From Azolla caroliniana (Eukaryota > Plantae > Polypodiophyta): a stretch of DNA of 64,000 bases. Below are positions 46,809-57,888 of the stretch, in pieces. The stretch is taken from assembly GCA_043228905.1 (NCBI GenBank), contig JBHGNT010000011.1, forward strand, positions 2,976,001-3,040,000, in the 5' to 3' direction. Made by a program: the position numbers and the translations under genes. Under the pieces are notes generated by a model. That model was not told where the DNA came from and did no database searches. It saw only the letters and a list, made by a program, of their open reading frames with translations. The stretch's first letter is position 1, and each line of letters opens with the position of its first letter.

Positions 46809-49800
46809 AGGCTGGACCAGTTTTCTCCGTCCCGACTCAATTTGGCGCATGCCGGTGGATGCGCAGTTAGGTGGGGGCGAAGGTCGTGAAGAAAACCGTC
46901 CACAAGCAGAATCGGTGCACAGGAGCGTAGGAACCGGCTCTTCTCGAATGTTGTCCATAGAAGATCCTAGGCGGGTAAATTCGGTGGGTAGGAAGTAAAG
47001 GGGAAACGGCTCCTTCCTTGCCTATAAAAAGGAGGGAGACGAGAAGGGGGAGGGATCGCGGAGAGTCGAGGACGAAGTGCTTTCGGTTTGCGTGCGAAGG
47101 CTTCTCTCTCTCTCTCTGGTTCGCAAACTCCATAGCTTCCTTCTGTGCAGGTTTCGGGAGGCTCGCGCTGCTCTAAGGAACGCCCGAGTGCTTCCGGCAA
47201 CACCTCCAACCTGCTCATGTCTTTCTGTGCATTTACGAACAGGCATCGGCATCTGTTCGCCGGCCTGTTCGGTTGTAACCGACTTCGTGTTTTTGTTGCT
47301 TCCGTGTTCTTGTTGTTGTCTTTGTTAATACATACATACATTCATGTCTCTCTGTGTCGTTGTCCCACTCGCGTCTTTGTGTCGAAGGGCCGTGTCCCTG
47401 TGAATCTACGCTCGCACGTAGTGGGTCTCTTGTCCTTTCTCTCTTGCTCTTCGGTACAGGACCCCTGAGGTCCCGCCTCATTCCACGCATCCACGAGGAA
47501 AACCTCGACACAGTGTTTGCGTTGATTACCGCAAACTCAATGCCGCGACAATCACGGATGGGTTTCCTCTTCCGTTCAAGGATAGTGTCCTCGACACGGT
47601 GGCTGGTCATGAATGCTACAATTTCCTCGATGGGTTCAATGGCTATAATCAAATCAGAATGCACCCAGACGATCAGGAGAAAACGGTGTTTGTCACGGAA
47701 TGGGGTGTTTTCGTGGCCGAGGTAATGATGTTGGGATTAAAAACGGCCCCGGCCACATTCCAACACTTCATCACAAAGATTTTCAACGAGTATATCCTGG
47801 CGTTCATGCAAGTGTTCCTCGACGACTTTGCCGTGTATAGCCAGCGGCTGGAGCATATGACCCAGCTACGCCTCCGTCTCGAGCGATCTCGACACGCTCG
47901 GTTGAGCTTAAATCCGGCAAAATGCGTGTTCTTGGTGACAAGCGGCAACCTGCTCAGGCACATAGTCAGCCAGGAAGGTATCGCCATGGACCCGGATAAA
48001 GTGCATACCATTCTGAATGCTCCCGCGCCCTCTACCGCTAAGGCTCTCAGCCGATTCCTCGGCCAAATTAGATGGCATAGCCGGATGTTATGACACCTGG
48101 CCGATTTCGCGACTCTGCACACAGTGGTGCATAGACTCCCATTTCAGTGGTCTTCAATAGAAGACGAAGAGTACCAAGCCTTGAAGTTAATGCTCTCCCA
48201 TGCCCCTGTGGTACAGCCACCAGTTTGGTCGGAACCTTTTCACATCTTCGTAGACGCATCAGATATAGCCATCGGCAGCATGCTCATGCAGCGCACACCA
48301 CCAAATTGGTACCGGCCAGTGTATTACACTAGCTGACGACTCTCGGCCGCGGAAAAGAACTATTCAACAACTGAACGTGAGGCCCTCGGTGTGGTTTACA
48401 GCATCAACAAATTCCGGCATTACCTCTTGGGCCGGAACTTCACATTCCACATCGATCACTCGGCCCTCCTCTACTTGGTTAATAAGCAGGCCCTCATAGG
48501 TCGCCTAGCCTGATGGATGCTCTTGCTACAAGAGTTTGACATTCAGATACAGCACCGGCCCGGCGTTCAACACGTCGTAACTGACTACCTTAGCCACCTC
48601 GAGTCAGGCAAACCAGCCGAGTCCACGTACGATGATCTACCCGACACCACCCTTTTCAGTCTCGCAACGGTGCTAGACGAAAATGAGGATGAATGGATCG
48701 TAGAGATGACCCATTTTCTCAACACCGGCCTTCCTCCTGACCACTTGACCCTCAACGCTCGGAAACGACTAGTTGTCAGGAGCCGAAACTTTTGTCTCGT
48801 CTCCGACACCCTCTACCACAAAGGCTCGGACGACATCTGGCGCCGTGCAATCCGTCAATTCGAGAAATCCGCAATCCTCCAGGAGGCACATGATGGAATC
48901 ATGGGGGGACATTATGCTAGAGAGGCCACAACAAGAAAAATATGGCAAAGTGGCTTATGGTGGCCCACAACAAAAAAAGATGCTCATGAATTCTGTCGAC
49001 AATGCGATCTGTGTTAAAACATGGGAAAACCAACCGAGCAAGCCTGGATGCCGCACAAACCCATTCTTCCATTAGAGGCATTTCAAAAGTGAGGGTTAGA
49101 TTTTGTAGGACCTTTCAAACCAGCCGCGGCCCGGCACAGGTAATAAATACATCATCGTGGCCACGGACTATTGCACAAAATGGGTAGAGGCTAAGGCACT
49201 ACGGGACAACACAGCTGTGTCCACGGCAAAATTCGTATACGAACATCTATGGTGCCAATATGGATGCCCAATCGAGCTCATTAGTGACCAAGGCGGGCAT
49301 TTTATAAACCACATAATTCGCGACCTCACTACACACTACGCTGTCGTACATAAGAAAAGTACGTCGTACTATCCACAGGCAAACGGATTGGCGGAGTCTA
49401 CTAATAAAAATTTTCAAACAATCCTGAAAAAGATCGTCAATGAGAACCGCACCGCTTGGGATGACAAGCTCCAGAGTGCATTATGGGCGTATCGCACCAC
49501 ATTCAAAACTAGCATTCAGTCTACACCCTTTCGGATGGCCTTTGGTTTGGAAGCAGTCATGCCGATCGAGTTCCAAGTTCCGAGTCTCCGAGTTTAGGTT
49601 AAGGAAAGGCTCCCCGAGGCCCAATCAGAGCAATATCGGCTCGAACAACTCCTTGAACTCGGCGAACAACGGGTGGCCAGCATGGCTCACCTGGAAGAAT
49701 GCCAACGACAACGCAAAGCATTCGTCGATTGACACTGGAATGGTACGAAGAAAGCACTTACCATCGGCAAACTAGTGTTGGTCTTCCAAACACAACTCGG

Positions 49801-52800
49801 TGCTATGCCGGGGAAATTATGATTCTGATGGACAGGCCCCTTCTGGATAATTGACGAGTTTAACGGCACATTCCAACTTGGCACACTTGCCGGAGACATC
49901 ATCAAGAGCTGGGTAAATGGCTTCCGACTTTGACCTTACCACGGGAAGACCCCAGTTAATCCTTTCGCCGAGACCAACGGCATAGACCAGTTCACGGACG
50001 ACGCCTCGAAGGAGGCGAGTAAAATAATGACCTACCCACCAAATGTATATAGTTTGAATGGTTTTTAGTAGTTAAATTAGCCTTACCTAAAACTACCTAA
50101 CTAATCACCCCAAATCACGAGATTTTCTTAGGCGCACCAACTAGTCACTGTCACTTTAAAATAGAATATTTAAGGAGCATGCACACCAGACATAACACTC
50201 CTGGGATGCGTGGCCATAATACCTTATTATGGTAGCCACGACCAAGAATCTCAAGGATCTTCTCCCTGCACAAAACCCTAGGCAATCACATAAAAGAAAC
50301 CACCCCACACACAACACACCCACTGACACAGACGTGTTCTTGCCTTCACCGCCTTCAAGCTCCCAAGCTCTCTCTCGTTCTCATCGCCCCTACAAACCGG
50401 CCCCCTCTCACCCTCGTAGCCCCTACACAAAACAACAGTGTCCTCCCCAACCATCTTCTTCCCGCTCTCTGTCTCGCCCTCGTCTCATTGCTTCCCCCCA
50501 CGCCTCCTGGCAGCAAACCTTCACGTCCATCATGCCTCTAGCAACATCGCAGGAAACCCGTTCTTGGCTACAACAACGAGGACTGGGTGGGTACTTACGG
50601 GTCATGGACGCCCCAGCACACCCTAACGCCCCAGCAATAGCACGCAGAATCCACCCTGACACAGTAACCAACAACATGATTTGTGTTGCTCTGGAACTTG
50701 CGCGAGGCGGAGACCATGAGGTCGAAATCCCCCCCCCCCCACTCGACCCTCAAGGAGTATTTTGGGATGTATTCGATGTTGGGTAAACCTTACCGCACTT
50801 ACGGAGGGCCAAACAAGGCTTTTGGGGAGATCGCTCGGATTTTGATGGAATACGCCTTTGTGCATACAAATCCCACGATTATGCCATAGAATAAAGCTGC
50901 CATCATCATCCAGGCATATGAACGTGACAAAATCGATTGGGGAATCATCACCAGCGAAGGAGTCCTTGCGGCGCTCGAATCTTTTCAAACCGGTAAGCGA
51001 TTGTTGCCTATGATTAATCATTTCCTCACAGTCCTCTACCCCCCTCCTTCGGTTTCCCCTCGTCGCATCCTTACGTCCCCACCACCACCACGAAAACAAC
51101 GAGAGAAGATTGTGGGGTTAACCTAGAAAGAATGGGAAGACCTCTCGCCTTCTCCACCTCCCTCAGCCGTTCGGAACATTACTTCCGCCTCGGCACCACC
51201 CCCAACAAGAACACAGAAGCAACGGGCGTTAACAGTGACCCGTGTTGAATGGGACGAGGCCGAGGAGCCCATCACTGAGGATGTCACCATACGCCAGAAA
51301 ACACCAAGGACATCGCTGCCCTCTCCACAACCGAGCCCACGCCCCACAAACCAACAACCCTTGGGCATACGACAACAAAAGAGGAAACAAGTCGAGGAGC
51401 CAACACCACCAGCCCCGGACTCACAGGATCAGCCGCAAAAAAGATGTCGCATCAATCGAGAGTCAACCATAGAAATCGAGGGCACCCATCATCAGAAATC
51501 AAAAGAGGCCAGCCCGACGTCCACGACCATGGTACCAGCGGAGTCCTGGCTCCAAGTCGGTAGGATCGAGCATGGACAAACCACGTAGATATCAGAGGAG
51601 GAAGTCCTCGGTTACAAAGATCTCCCCGCAGAGGCATACGAGTTCAATGCACTACTTCGACTGGGCACAACATATGAGTTAATGGATTTCCTCGCGCGCG
51701 CCCAAGTAGCTGCCACTACTCGTATGGCCGAGTAACACGTGGAAACAAAGATGATCCAACGTGCTCTAATGGGAGAAATCGAACCTCACGAGGATCGAGC
51801 CTTACAAAAGATAGGGCGGAAGAAGCAAGCACAGAATGCTTCTCTCATCATGGAGCAACAAGATCTAAACATGGCCTTAGTTGAGGCATATCAAAATCTG
51901 CACCACACTACTCAGGCAGCCAAGGACATGGCCCGACGTATCAAAACGGCGCATCAACAAGCCAAACAGGCTACCGAGCTATGGCAAGCCGCCGAGGAGA
52001 AATTGGCGTCATTGGAGCAACAACATCAAGAACAGTCGCCCTTAAGCCTCCCTGCGCCGAGTAACGATGTCTCACAAACCCCTCTTCCGAACCCGAGCCT
52101 GAGTGTTGCGGTTTTCGAAGCACACAAAGACAACACAGCTCACCCCAGGGTAGCCATGGTCGATGCAAGCACAATGACGGAATTGGTACAGACAAGCGAG
52201 CCATCATCACGGGCAGATATACGCCCACACCCCCAAACCAGCCACGCCTCCACGCAAACGCCACCACCACCTATCATCATGGAATGATCTACACAGACGG
52301 ATAAAGAACCCACTCCCCGAATCCAGCAAGTGGTGACCCAGACAAGGCCTCCCCTTCAGGACTACCGAGAGGAGCTTGAGGCCCAGATCGCTCTAGCCGA
52401 GTTAGCAGAACAGAACCACAACAACATTCTTGGCCAACTATGAGAACAAGCCACAGGCCATGAAGCTGACCTCAAGCGACTGCTTGCTGAAAGCTCGGCC
52501 GCACTCAAAGAACAAGAAAGAGAGGTGATGACCCTTCAAGTCTTTATCACCGAGGCCAAAGAACGTTTCATCAAAGAAGCAGAGCGGAATAGCCAATGGG
52601 AACGCGAGCTATTCGCAAACAACCAAGAATTACGACGTCATCAAAGGGCATTACAAGTATTGGCAAACGAACACATGCAGAAGTGGAGGATCTCGGAAGA
52701 GCAAATGGCGAAAATTTCCGATGCGTATCACCAATTGCAAACAGAGCACATCGCCGTCAGAGAACGACATCGGGACGCTTGGAGACAGGACATGGACGAA

Positions 52801-53610
52801 ACTGTAGCTCAACTCACCAAACGTTATGAGCAGACAATCACGTTGATCACCGAAAAAGCAAAAGATAATCAAGCTACTTTAGCGCTCCTCGTCCGCAAAA
52901 GCCAAGAAGACGCCAAGGCCGCAAGGGAGGAAGTGGAAGTTCACCGAGCTAGCATTGGCATGGACGATACTAAAATCAAGATCTTGATCAATGAGTATCG
53001 CCAGCAATTCACCAAGAAGATCGAGGAAACGCTTGACCGTGTCTAGCAGGAGTGGTCAACCCAAGCCGCGGAACTACACATACTACGCGCGGACGCCGAG
53101 AACCGACGGAAGGAGGATCGAGGGTTTTGTTGAAATTCCGTGCTCGGCCACAACCGAGGAACAGGATCGATTCGCAGAAAACGGGAAATACAAGAATGCA
53201 CGAAGAACAACAGAGAGAAGAGCACACAGGATGTTTACGTGGAAAACCCTAAATGGGAAAAAAACCACGGGAGTCCTCTAACTCCAACTATCACTATACA
53301 CAGAGATGTACAATGGTGAGGCTACAAGGCAACAACCTTGAGCTCGCTGTCCTCGCCACAGGCGGCGGTATTACACAGAGGCGTCGACCTCTTCCTTCCT
53401 CTTTCTCTCTCTCACTCTCGCTCGGCTGCTCTCACTTCGCTCCCTCTTCGTGGAAAACAGAAAATGAGCAACAACATCAAACTGTTTGCCCTAAGTCATA
53501 TTTATACACATATGACTTTTGGGCTATTTACAAATATAGCCTCAAGGGCTCTTGGCAAACATATTCACAAATATGTCCCCGCATCCGGATCTCTCTCCGG
53601 GTACATTCGT

Positions 53611-53740
53611 CATCCGGCTCCGTAACCGGGGTCTTCAGCATCCGGCTCCGTAACCGGGGTCTTCATCATCCGGCTCTGTAACCGGGGTCTTCATCATCCG
53701 GCTCCGTAACCGGGGTCTTCATCATCCGGCTCCGTAACCG
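53611..53740. repeat. 28-bp tandem repeat in the copia LTR (also about 58403-58532)
   Basis: CATCCGGCTCCGTAACCGGGGTCTTCAT, between 4 and 5 copies. Confidence 0.92.
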
Positions 53741-53811
53741 CAACCGGGCTTGCCGTCATTCATCTCCGGACATCCCATCCGGAGGGACCGAAATCCCAAC
53801 AAACTCCCCCT

Positions 53812-56800
53812 TCACTTCGGCATGGGATGTCTCTCCAATCCGACTCTCTTCCGGCACGCTCCCAGCTTGTCGGGTGTGAGCACTTTGGTCAGCATATCCG
53901 ACCCGTTCTCGTCCGTGTGGACCTTCGTCAGCGCGAACTCCTTGTCTTCTATCCTTTCCCGGATCCAGTGATATCTTCGCTGGATGTGCTTCGTCCGGGA
54001 GTGATAGGCCGCGTTCTTCGCAAGGTGGATGGCACTCTGACTGTCGCAGTAGAGTCGGTACTCCTCCTGCTGGATACCCAGCTCTCTAATGAAGTCCTTC
54101 ATCCATATTATTTCTTTGCCGGCTTCAACAGCCGCCATGTACTCCGCCTCCGTGGTTGACAACGCAACCGTCTTCTGCAGCCTCGACTGCCACGAAACAG
54201 CTCCCCCTGCATACGTCATCACATACCCTGATGTGGACCGGCTGGTATCTGCATCAGCCGACATATCAGAATCAGTAAAGCCTTCGAGTTCGGGCTTACC
54301 GGAGCCGAATCGGAGGCACACGTTTGCCGTGCCCTTCAGGTATCGGAGTATCCACTTGACCGCGTTCCAGTGCTCTTTGCCGGGATTGCTCATGTACCGG
54401 CTCACCACTCCGACTGCATATCCGATGTCCGGTCTCGTACATACCATGGCGTACATCAAGCTCCCGACGGCTGAGGCATATGGTACTTTCATCATATCCT
54501 CCTTTTCAGCCTTTGTCTTGGGGCTTTGCTTGCTGGACAGCTTGCAGTTTGCCGGGAGGGTCGATCCGACCGGTCTTGCCTCCGACATGTTGAACCGGTG
54601 AAGCACCTTCGTCACGTACTTCTCCTGTGACAGCCACAACTGCTTCTTCTTCCGGTCCCGGATGATGTGCATCCCTAGTATTTGCCTCGCCGGACCCAAG
54701 TCCTTCATTGAGAAGGTTCGGTGAAGAGCCTTCTTCAGCATCCGTATCTTGACCTGGTCCCGTCCGACGATCAACATGTCGTCCACGTACAGGAGGAGTA
54801 TTAGGAAGTCTCCTCCTTCAAACTTCTTCACAAACACGCAGTGGTCGGACTGCGTTTTGAGGTACCCTTCGTCGGTCATGAAGGAGTCGAACTTCCGGTA
54901 CCATTGCCGGGGAGCCTGCTTCAGTCCGTAAAGGCTCTTCTTCAACCGGCATACCAGGTGCTCCTTCCCTTTCTTCTCGAATCCTTCCGGTTGCTGCATG
55001 TAGATTTCTTCTTCGAGGTCACCGTGAAGGAATGCTGTCTTCACGTCCATCTGTTCTACCTCGAGGTCCATGCTTGCCGCTATGCTCAGCACCGTCCGGA
55101 TGGAGGTCATCTTCACTACCGGGGCAAATATCTCGTCGAAGTCGACGCCCTTCTTTTGCTGGAACCCCTTCACCACGATCCTGGCTTTGTATCTCGTGGG
55201 GTTTCCGGCATCTCCCGGTTTCAGCTTGAACACCCACTTGTTTCGAAGTGCCCGCTTTCCTTTCGGCAACTCCACAAGTTCATATGTGTGGTTCTCATGC
55301 AGGGAATCCATCTCGTCCTGCATGGCACTCAACCACCTGCGGCTCTGGGTGTCATGCTTTGCTTCTTCAAAGCTCTCCGGCTCCCCCTCGTCGGTTAGCA
55401 GCATGTGCTCTGGTTCCGGAAATCTCCGGGGGGCTCTCCTCTCTCTTAGAGGATATCTCCGTTCGGGAGCTTCGGTAACCGGTTCTTCCGATTCTTCTTC
55501 TTCATCCGAATCCATTTCGGGATCGGGGCCGGTTCCGGTATCATTTTCATCTTCTTCGGCCGGTTCTGTTTCTTCACCGTCTTCGGCCGGATCCTCGAGT
55601 GTTAACCGGTCCCTTGCCGGTCGGGACTGCTCCTCGTAGAGTTGATCCTCACCGATCGACTTGGAGCTCTTCATCTTCTTCTCCGACTCCCAGTCGGCGA
55701 GTGTCTTGTCCTCCATGAAGATGATGTCTCGACTCCTGAATATCTTCTTGTCGACCGGGTCCCATACTCGGTAGCCGAACTCGTCGTCGCCGTAACCGAG
55801 GAATATGCATGGCCGGGTCTTAGGATCTAGCTTTCCTCTCCGGTCCTTTGCCACATGCACGTATGCGAGACACCCGAACACCTTCAGATGCCGGTAGGAC
55901 ACTTCCTTACCGGTCCACACTCTCTGCGGCGTGTCTCCGTCCAAAGGAACTGAGGGTGATCTGTTTATCACATATGTCGCCGTCGACATTGCCTCAGCCC
56001 AAAACCCCTTGGGTAATTTCGCATGCGCCAGCATACTCCGGACCCGCTCCATTATGGTCCGGTTCATCCTCTCGGCCAGCCCGTTCAGTTCCGGCGTCTT
56101 CGGCACAGTAAACTCGAGCCGGATTCCCTTCGAGCGACAGTACTCCTGGAACTGCCCCCGGTATTCCCCTCCGTTATCCGCTCGTATCGCTTTCAGCTTC
56201 TTGCCGGATTCCCTTTCCACTCTCGCGTGGAGTTCTTTGAAGACGCACAACACTTGGTCCTTTGTCTTCAACGGTGCCGTCCACAGCTTCCGGCTATGAT
56301 CATCGATGAATGTTACGAAGTACTGGGCTCCGCCATGTGACTTCGTCTCTACCTGACACACGTCAGTGTGCACCAACTCCAATGGTGCGCTACGTCTCGT
56401 CGGTGGCCTTGAGTGGAAGGAGGTTCGGTTCTGCTTACCGGCCAGGCAATCGGTGCACTTCTCCAGGTGCACATGCTTCACTGGGATAAGGTTGTCTTCT
56501 GCAAGCCTCTTCATCCCCTTCTCACTCATGTGGCACAGTCTCTTGTGCCACAGCTCACCGGCAGTGTCGGCTGCCACATTCAGCTCTTCCAGACATAGCC
56601 GGGAATTCATCAGGTACAGTGTGTTGACCTTCCGGGCCCGAGCCACTATCAGGCTCCCCTTGCTGAACTTCATGACACCGTTCCGGATGCTACCCGTGTA
56701 GCCTTCATCATCTAGCCTCCCGGCCGAGATCAGGTTCAATCGGACCTCCGGAACGTGTCGCACATCCTTCAACAGCATCTTGCATCCGGTTGATGTCATC

Positions 56801-57888
56801 AGCCACACGTCTCCTATGCCGGCTATCCGGCACGTACCTTCATTTCCCATCCGGACACAGCCGTGCTCACCGGCTGTGTAGGATGAGAAGTATTTCTTCT
56901 CCGGGGTCAGGTGGAACGACGCTCCGGAATCGACCACCCAGGTCATCTCTACACCGGCAAGGTTCAGCTCCCTCTCTTCGGTAATAAGCATTATCTCTTC
57001 TTCACTTGCCGCAAGTGCCGTCGTTCCTTTCCGGTCCTGCCCTCGCCGATCCGGACCTCTCCGGTCCGTGGCTCCCCGGTATGCACCGTTTCTCTCCGGT
57101 GATTTCTTCGAATCGGTGTCGTCGGCTCCGTTGTCCTTTCGGTAATGCCGACAATTCTTCCGGAAGTGCCCCGGCTTCCCACAGTGGAAGCATGTTGGCC
57201 TTCCTCTTGACTGCGACCGGGTCCCCGACTTCTCCCGTCTTTGCGGACTCCGGTTCCACTGTCTTCCCCGATCCGATTCGGTAAACAGCATCTTCGGGTC
57301 GGAGGCCGGTTCCTTATCTCTCCGACGCGCTTCTTCATTCAGAATACTTGTCTTTACCGTTTGTAGGGACAAGTTATCTTCGATGCAGGAGGTGCTGAGA
57401 GTCACCACCAAGTTCTCCCAACTGTCCGGCAATGTACACATCAGGATGATGGCTTGCATTGCATCCTCCAACGGGAACTTGATCGCCGCAAGCTGGTTCA
57501 CGAATCCCATGAACGTGCTTACGTGTTCCACCATACTCTCGCCGTCCCGGTACTTGAGGTTCACTATCTTCCTCATCAGGGAGGTCCGGTTCAACGCATT
57601 CTTCCTCTCATAGAGGCCCGACAGCTTCTTCCACATCTCATAGGCGTTCGTATCGTTCGCCACATGTTGCAGGACACTTACATCGACATATTGCCGGATC
57701 GTCGCTACGGCTTTCCGGTTCAGGAGCTTCCACTCCGACTCAAGTACCCCTTTCGGTATTTCCGACCTGTCAATCGGTTCGTACAGGTCCCGAACAATCA
57801 GAAGATCCTCCATCTTGATCTTCCAGTCGGCGTAATTCTGTGCATTCAGCACCATCATCATCGGCTGCCCGCTGCCGCCGCCTTCCAT
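53812..57888 (-). CDS. Copia gag-pol polyprotein (about 1358 aa from MEGGGSGQ), catalytic motifs intact
   Basis: CFHCGKPGHFRKNC, VVDSGAS, ADNGGEY, YVDD, TDSD/STTEAE/CDSQ; first ATG after the PBS is at 57888. Confidence 0.96.
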   Translation of the reverse strand: MEGGGSGQPMMMVLNAQNYADWKIKMEDLLIVRDLYEPIDRSEIPKGVLESEWKLLNRKAVATIRQYVDVSVLQHVANDTNAYEMWKKLSGLYERKNALNRTSLMRKIVNLKYRDGESMVEHVSTFMGFVNQLAAIKFPLEDAMQAIILMCTLPDSWENLVVTLSTSCIEDNLSLQTVKTSILNEEARRRDKEPASDPKMLFTESDRGRQWNRSPQRREKSGTRSQSRGRPTCFHCGKPGHFRKNCRHYRKDNGADDTDSKKSPERNGAYRGATDRRGPDRRGQDRKGTTALAASEEEIMLITEERELNLAGVEMTWVVDSGASFHLTPEKKYFSSYTAGEHGCVRMGNEGTCRIAGIGDVWLMTSTGCKMLLKDVRHVPEVRLNLISAGRLDDEGYTGSIRNGVMKFSKGSLIVARARKVNTLYLMNSRLCLEELNVAADTAGELWHKRLCHMSEKGMKRLAEDNLIPVKHVHLEKCTDCLAGKQNRTSFHSRPPTRRSAPLELVHTDVCQVETKSHGGAQYFVTFIDDHSRKLWTAPLKTKDQVLCVFKELHARVERESGKKLKAIRADNGGEYRGQFQEYCRSKGIRLEFTVPKTPELNGLAERMNRTIMERVRSMLAHAKLPKGFWAEAMSTATYVINRSPSVPLDGDTPQRVWTGKEVSYRHLKVFGCLAYVHVAKDRRGKLDPKTRPCIFLGYGDDEFGYRVWDPVDKKIFRSRDIIFMEDKTLADWESEKKMKSSKSIGEDQLYEEQSRPARDRLTLEDPAEDGEETEPAEEDENDTGTGPDPEMDSDEEEESEEPVTEAPERRYPLRERRAPRRFPEPEHMLLTDEGEPESFEEAKHDTQSRRWLSAMQDEMDSLHENHTYELVELPKGKRALRNKWVFKLKPGDAGNPTRYKARIVVKGFQQKKGVDFDEIFAPVVKMTSIRTVLSIAASMDLEVEQMDVKTAFLHGDLEEEIYMQQPEGFEKKGKEHLVCRLKKSLYGLKQAPRQWYRKFDSFMTDEGYLKTQSDHCVFVKKFEGGDFLILLLYVDDMLIVGRDQVKIRMLKKALHRTFSMKDLGPARQILGMHIIRDRKKKQLWLSQEKYVTKVLHRFNMSEARPVGSTLPANCKLSSKQSPKTKAEKEDMMKVPYASAVGSLMYAMVCTRPDIGYAVGVVSRYMSNPGKEHWNAVKWILRYLKGTANVCLRFGSGKPELEGFTDSDMSADADTSRSTSGYVMTYAGGAVSWQSRLQKTVALSTTEAEYMAAVEAGKEIIWMKDFIRELGIQQEEYRLYCDSQSAIHLAKNAAYHSRTKHIQRRYHWIRERIEDKEFALTKVHTDENGSDMLTKVLTPDKLGACRKRVGLERHPMPK

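Larger units (their letters stand above)
40555..47510 (+). mobile_element. Ty3/gypsy element F (tRNA-Trp PBS lineage); 629-bp LTRs 40555-41183 and 46882-47510
   Basis: Similar LTRs; TSD CCGT/CAGT; PBS TGGTGAACCTAACGTGAA; PPT AGGTGGGGGCGAA. Confidence 0.96.
37687..49945 (+). pseudogene. Element E gag-pol, decayed and interrupted by element F (40555-47510)
   Basis: Zinc knuckles (CFKCNQPGHNATQC), IIDGGSG protease, KNGKIR|VCVDYRKLN, FLDGFNGYNQI, FLDDF, DASD, ISDQGGHF, YYPQANGLAE. Confidence 0.92.

Noticed and set aside
53611-53740. 28-bp repeats as a CRISPR array
   Set aside because: Head-to-tail with no spacers, inside a eukaryotic LTR, and no cas genes.
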